Assembly: GCA_047631715.1 (NCBI GenBank)
Contig: JBLICC010000016.1
Span: 1-19,809, forward strand
Origin: Alteromonas naphthalenivorans
GTDB taxonomy: Bacteria; Babelota; Babeliae; Babelales; CAIQNR01
Length of the DNA: 19,809 bases
Direction: 5' to 3'
A program made the translations under genes and the position numbers. Shown here piece by piece: positions 17,822 through 19,809 of the stretch; position 1 is the first letter of the stretch, and each line of letters opens with the position of its first letter. The notes beneath the pieces are model-generated. The model was not told the DNA's origin. It did no database searches and saw nothing but the letters and a program-made list of their open reading frames with translations.

Positions 17822-18676
17822 ATGAAGCTGAGTAAAGAAGTATTACAAAAAGTTCGCAATATAGAAATCCATACACGTCGCTTATTAAGTGGCACACAAT
17901 TGGGTGATTATAGTTCCGCTCGCAAAGGCTCTGGTTTAGAGTTTGATCAATTGCGTGAGTATCAGCCGGGTGACGACATTCGGTTTATTGATTGGAACAG
18001 TTCTGCACGGCAAGATAAAGTAATGGTGCGTGAGTATATAGAAGAGCGTAATCGCACTATCATGTTAGTGGTTGACGGTTCTGCTTCTCAATTCTATGGA
18101 TCTTCGAGTCAACTTAAGCAAGATCTAGTGGCTCAAGTTGCAAGTGTACTCGCTATTATTGCCGATTCTTGTAAAGATTTTGTTGGATTAATTTTGTTTG
18201 AGGATGAAGTTAAAACAGTGTTGCCAGCAAAGCATGGTAGAAAGCATGTACATGCGGTTATGGAGCAGCTTTTTATACATCAAGGTACAAAAAAAACATC
18301 TATTACAAAAGCACTTGAACGTTTAATTGCTATGAAAAGAAAAGACATGGTGGTTTTTTTGCTTTCCGATTTTATCGATACAGGGTACGAGAAACTTCTT
18401 AAAATTGTATGTAAAAAGTATGACACTGTTGCTATTCGTTGTTTAGACAAATGCGAAAAAAGTTTTCCGTCTGTTGGGTATGTGCAAATGGTTGATTCAG
18501 AAACAGGGGAACAAGCATTGGTGCATGCAACAAATTTACCGGGTATTTTGCAAACACGTTTAAAGACGAATAACGATCTTTTAAAAAGATGCGGCGCTGA
18601 GCTTTTAGAGCTAGAAACAGAGCAACCATTTGTGGGTCAATTAGTGCGTTTTTTTAGACAAAGAATGTTGTATTAA
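17822..18676 (+). CDS. DUF58 (MoxR-associated vWA-like) protein
   Basis: KGSGLEFDQLREYQPGDDIRFIDWN, EER, VDGSASQ and LSDF. True start is ATG 17822 (MKLSKEV). Confidence 0.92.
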   Translation: MKLSKEVLQKVRNIEIHTRRLLSGTQLGDYSSARKGSGLEFDQLREYQPGDDIRFIDWNSSARQDKVMVREYIEERNRTIMLVVDGSASQFYGSSSQLKQDLVAQVASVLAIIADSCKDFVGLILFEDEVKTVLPAKHGRKHVHAVMEQLFIHQGTKKTSITKALERLIAMKRKDMVVFLLSDFIDTGYEKLLKIVCKKYDTVAIRCLDKCEKSFPSVGYVQMVDSETGEQALVHATNLPGILQTRLKTNNDLLKRCGAELLELETEQPFVGQLVRFFRQRMLY

Positions 18677-18680
18677 AGGA

Positions 18681-18814
18681 TCCCTCGATACAGTTTTTAA
18701 AGATTTTGTCTTTAAAAACCACTCGGGATGAATTTTATACTTTGTTATTGTAATTATGAAAATTAGTTGGTTCATCCCGAGTGGGTCGAGTAAAACGAGA
18801 GTTGTATCGAGGGA
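18681..18814. repeat. Palindromic REP/REPIN-like element, copy 2 (134 bp)
   Basis: Perfect inverted repeats TCCCTCGATACA/TGTATCGAGGGA (12 bp) and CACTCGGGATGAA/TTCATCCCGAGTG (13 bp). Confidence 0.9.
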
Positions 18815-18840
18815 ACCTTAATGTGTATTAGAGGAGTGCT

Positions 18841-19329
18841 ATGCAGCAACAAGAACCAAAATTAAATGATATTTATGGTGTAGAATACAATCCGTGGTTT
18901 TTACAATCATGGTTTATATATAGCGTGATTATATGTGTTCTCTTAGTAATCGCATATGGTGTGTATCGTTGGTATACCAAACGAGTAAAGACAGAACTGT
19001 CTTATGGGCAACAAGCGCTCGATGCTCTTGATATACTCAAAGACAGTGACTGGTCAGATAATAAACAGTTTTATATTCAATTAACAGCACTCGTAAAGCA
19101 GTTTTTACAGCAACGCTTTAATAAGAAATTTATAGGTACTACAGATACCGAATGTCTTGAATTGCTTAAGACAGACAGGTTTATTCCTGAATGGGTTAGT
19201 GCCAGGTTCGAAGATGTTATTGATGGGGTTATGTTTGTTAAGTTTGCTAATGCGCAGGCTGCTCAAGATCGGATGAAAAAAGATTTAGAGAGCATACTGA
19301 CTATTGTGCAAAATACTATTCAAAAATAG
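18841..19329 (+). CDS. Single-pass membrane protein, DUF4381/Bat-operon-like
   Basis: LNDI...PW, a TM helix, FYIQLTALVKQFL, TDTE and VKFA. This type commonly follows DUF58. AGGAG RBS. Confidence 0.75.
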   Translation: MQQQEPKLNDIYGVEYNPWFLQSWFIYSVIICVLLVIAYGVYRWYTKRVKTELSYGQQALDALDILKDSDWSDNKQFYIQLTALVKQFLQQRFNKKFIGTTDTECLELLKTDRFIPEWVSARFEDVIDGVMFVKFANAQAAQDRMKKDLESILTIVQNTIQK

Positions 19330-19331
19330 TC

Positions 19332-19358
19332 AAAAAAAAAGAGACACCAAAGTGCCTC
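19332..19358 (-). terminator. Intrinsic terminator for the right-end minus-strand genes
   Basis: Minus-strand RNA GAGGCAC-UUUG-GUGUCUC followed by nine U. Confidence 0.8.
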
Positions 19359-19472
19359 TAATTATTTATGGACTAAAGTTTATAGAATAGCTTCTAATTC
19401 CTGAGCTTTTCGTTAATTTATATTTATTTGTTTCCTCTAGAGCTGTTATTGAGCTCATTTGGTGCTTGATTT

Positions 19473-19586
19473 TTAAGATGGGGTTAACGTGTACTCTCTT
19501 ACTTCTGGTTTTTCTTTAAATCGTACAGTTTTCTTTTTAAGCTTAGGAGCTTGTATTGCTAGTAAGAAGATTACTATTATTTTCAC
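19473..19586 (-). CDS. Candidate 37-aa micro-protein with an RVxF-like motif (may continue by frameshift to 19366)
   Basis: GTG overlaps the upstream TAG by 1 nt (TAGTG). Translation: MKIIVIFLLAIQAPKLKKKTVRFKEKPEVREYTLTPS*. Confidence 0.5.
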   Translation of the reverse strand: MKIIVIFLLAIQAPKLKKKTVRFKEKPEVREYTLTPS

Positions 19587-19809
19587 TATAATTCTTCTCT
19601 GAAAAAATATTCATCTAGTATTGCTGTAGTTTTAAATAAAACTCCCATAACTATTGATATAGCTACCATTCTTTTCCAGATAAGCATTGGCTCTCTTAAT
19701 TTTTGTATTTCTTCTTGATGGTTCCTAAACTGTTGTGCCATTTCTTTAATGTTTTTTTTAATTTCTAGTTTTTTTTCTTCTATGTTGTTTTTGCTAGTAA
19801 AAACACAAT
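19586..19809 (-). CDS. 3' part of a hypothetical protein (coiled coil plus C-terminal hydrophobic segment)
   Basis: Open frame ...IEEKKLEIKKNIKEMAQQFRNHQEEIQKLREPMLIWKRMVAISIVMGVLFKTTAILDEYFFREEL*. The start lies beyond the window. Confidence 0.65.
   Translation of the reverse strand, partial: CVFTSKNNIEEKKLEIKKNIKEMAQQFRNHQEEIQKLREPMLIWKRMVAISIVMGVLFKTTAILDEYFFREEL

Noticed and set aside
2525..18629. Short overlapping ORFs 2525-2764, 5934-6134, 6177-6368, 8471-8683, 11318-11596, 13770-13982, 15608-15844, 17265-17576, 17370-17552 and 18432-18629
   Set aside because: All lie antisense or out of frame over well-supported genes and show no recognisable motifs.
17672..18814. CRISPR array, attC sites or composite transposon interpretation of the repeats
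   Set aside because: Only two long units 1 kb apart. No cas, integrase or transposase gene, no attC core boxes (RYYYAAC/GTTRRRY) at the ends, and no target-site duplication.

Overview
AT-rich bacterial chromosome segment. Gene style (housekeeping genes mixed with signal-peptide-bearing, Lys-rich orphans) suggests a reduced, host-associated lineage such as Candidatus Babeliae/Dependentiae (TM6); this is inference only. In order: partial SbcC/SMC ATPase (-), PMM/PGM, nfo, gap, tRNA(CAT, probably Ile2), DUF164-type zinc-ribbon protein, RNase HI, SpoIID/LytB protein, YdjM-like membrane hydrolase, two large secreted orphans (-), putP (-), five small membrane orphans, tatD (-), HU, a small secreted orphan (-), serS, DUF58, a DUF4381/Bat-like protein, and small minus-strand ORFs at the right end. 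Three observations stand out. (1) Two copies of a ~130-bp cruciform REP/REPIN-like element flank the DUF58 gene and show a compensatory base-pair change. (2) An unannotated micro-ORF (19473-19586, -) carries a eukaryotic PP1-docking-like motif, KKKTVRF...EVREY, and may be frameshifted. (3) The five-gene membrane-protein array shares an AGGGGA RBS signature and includes one gene missing from the ORF track.
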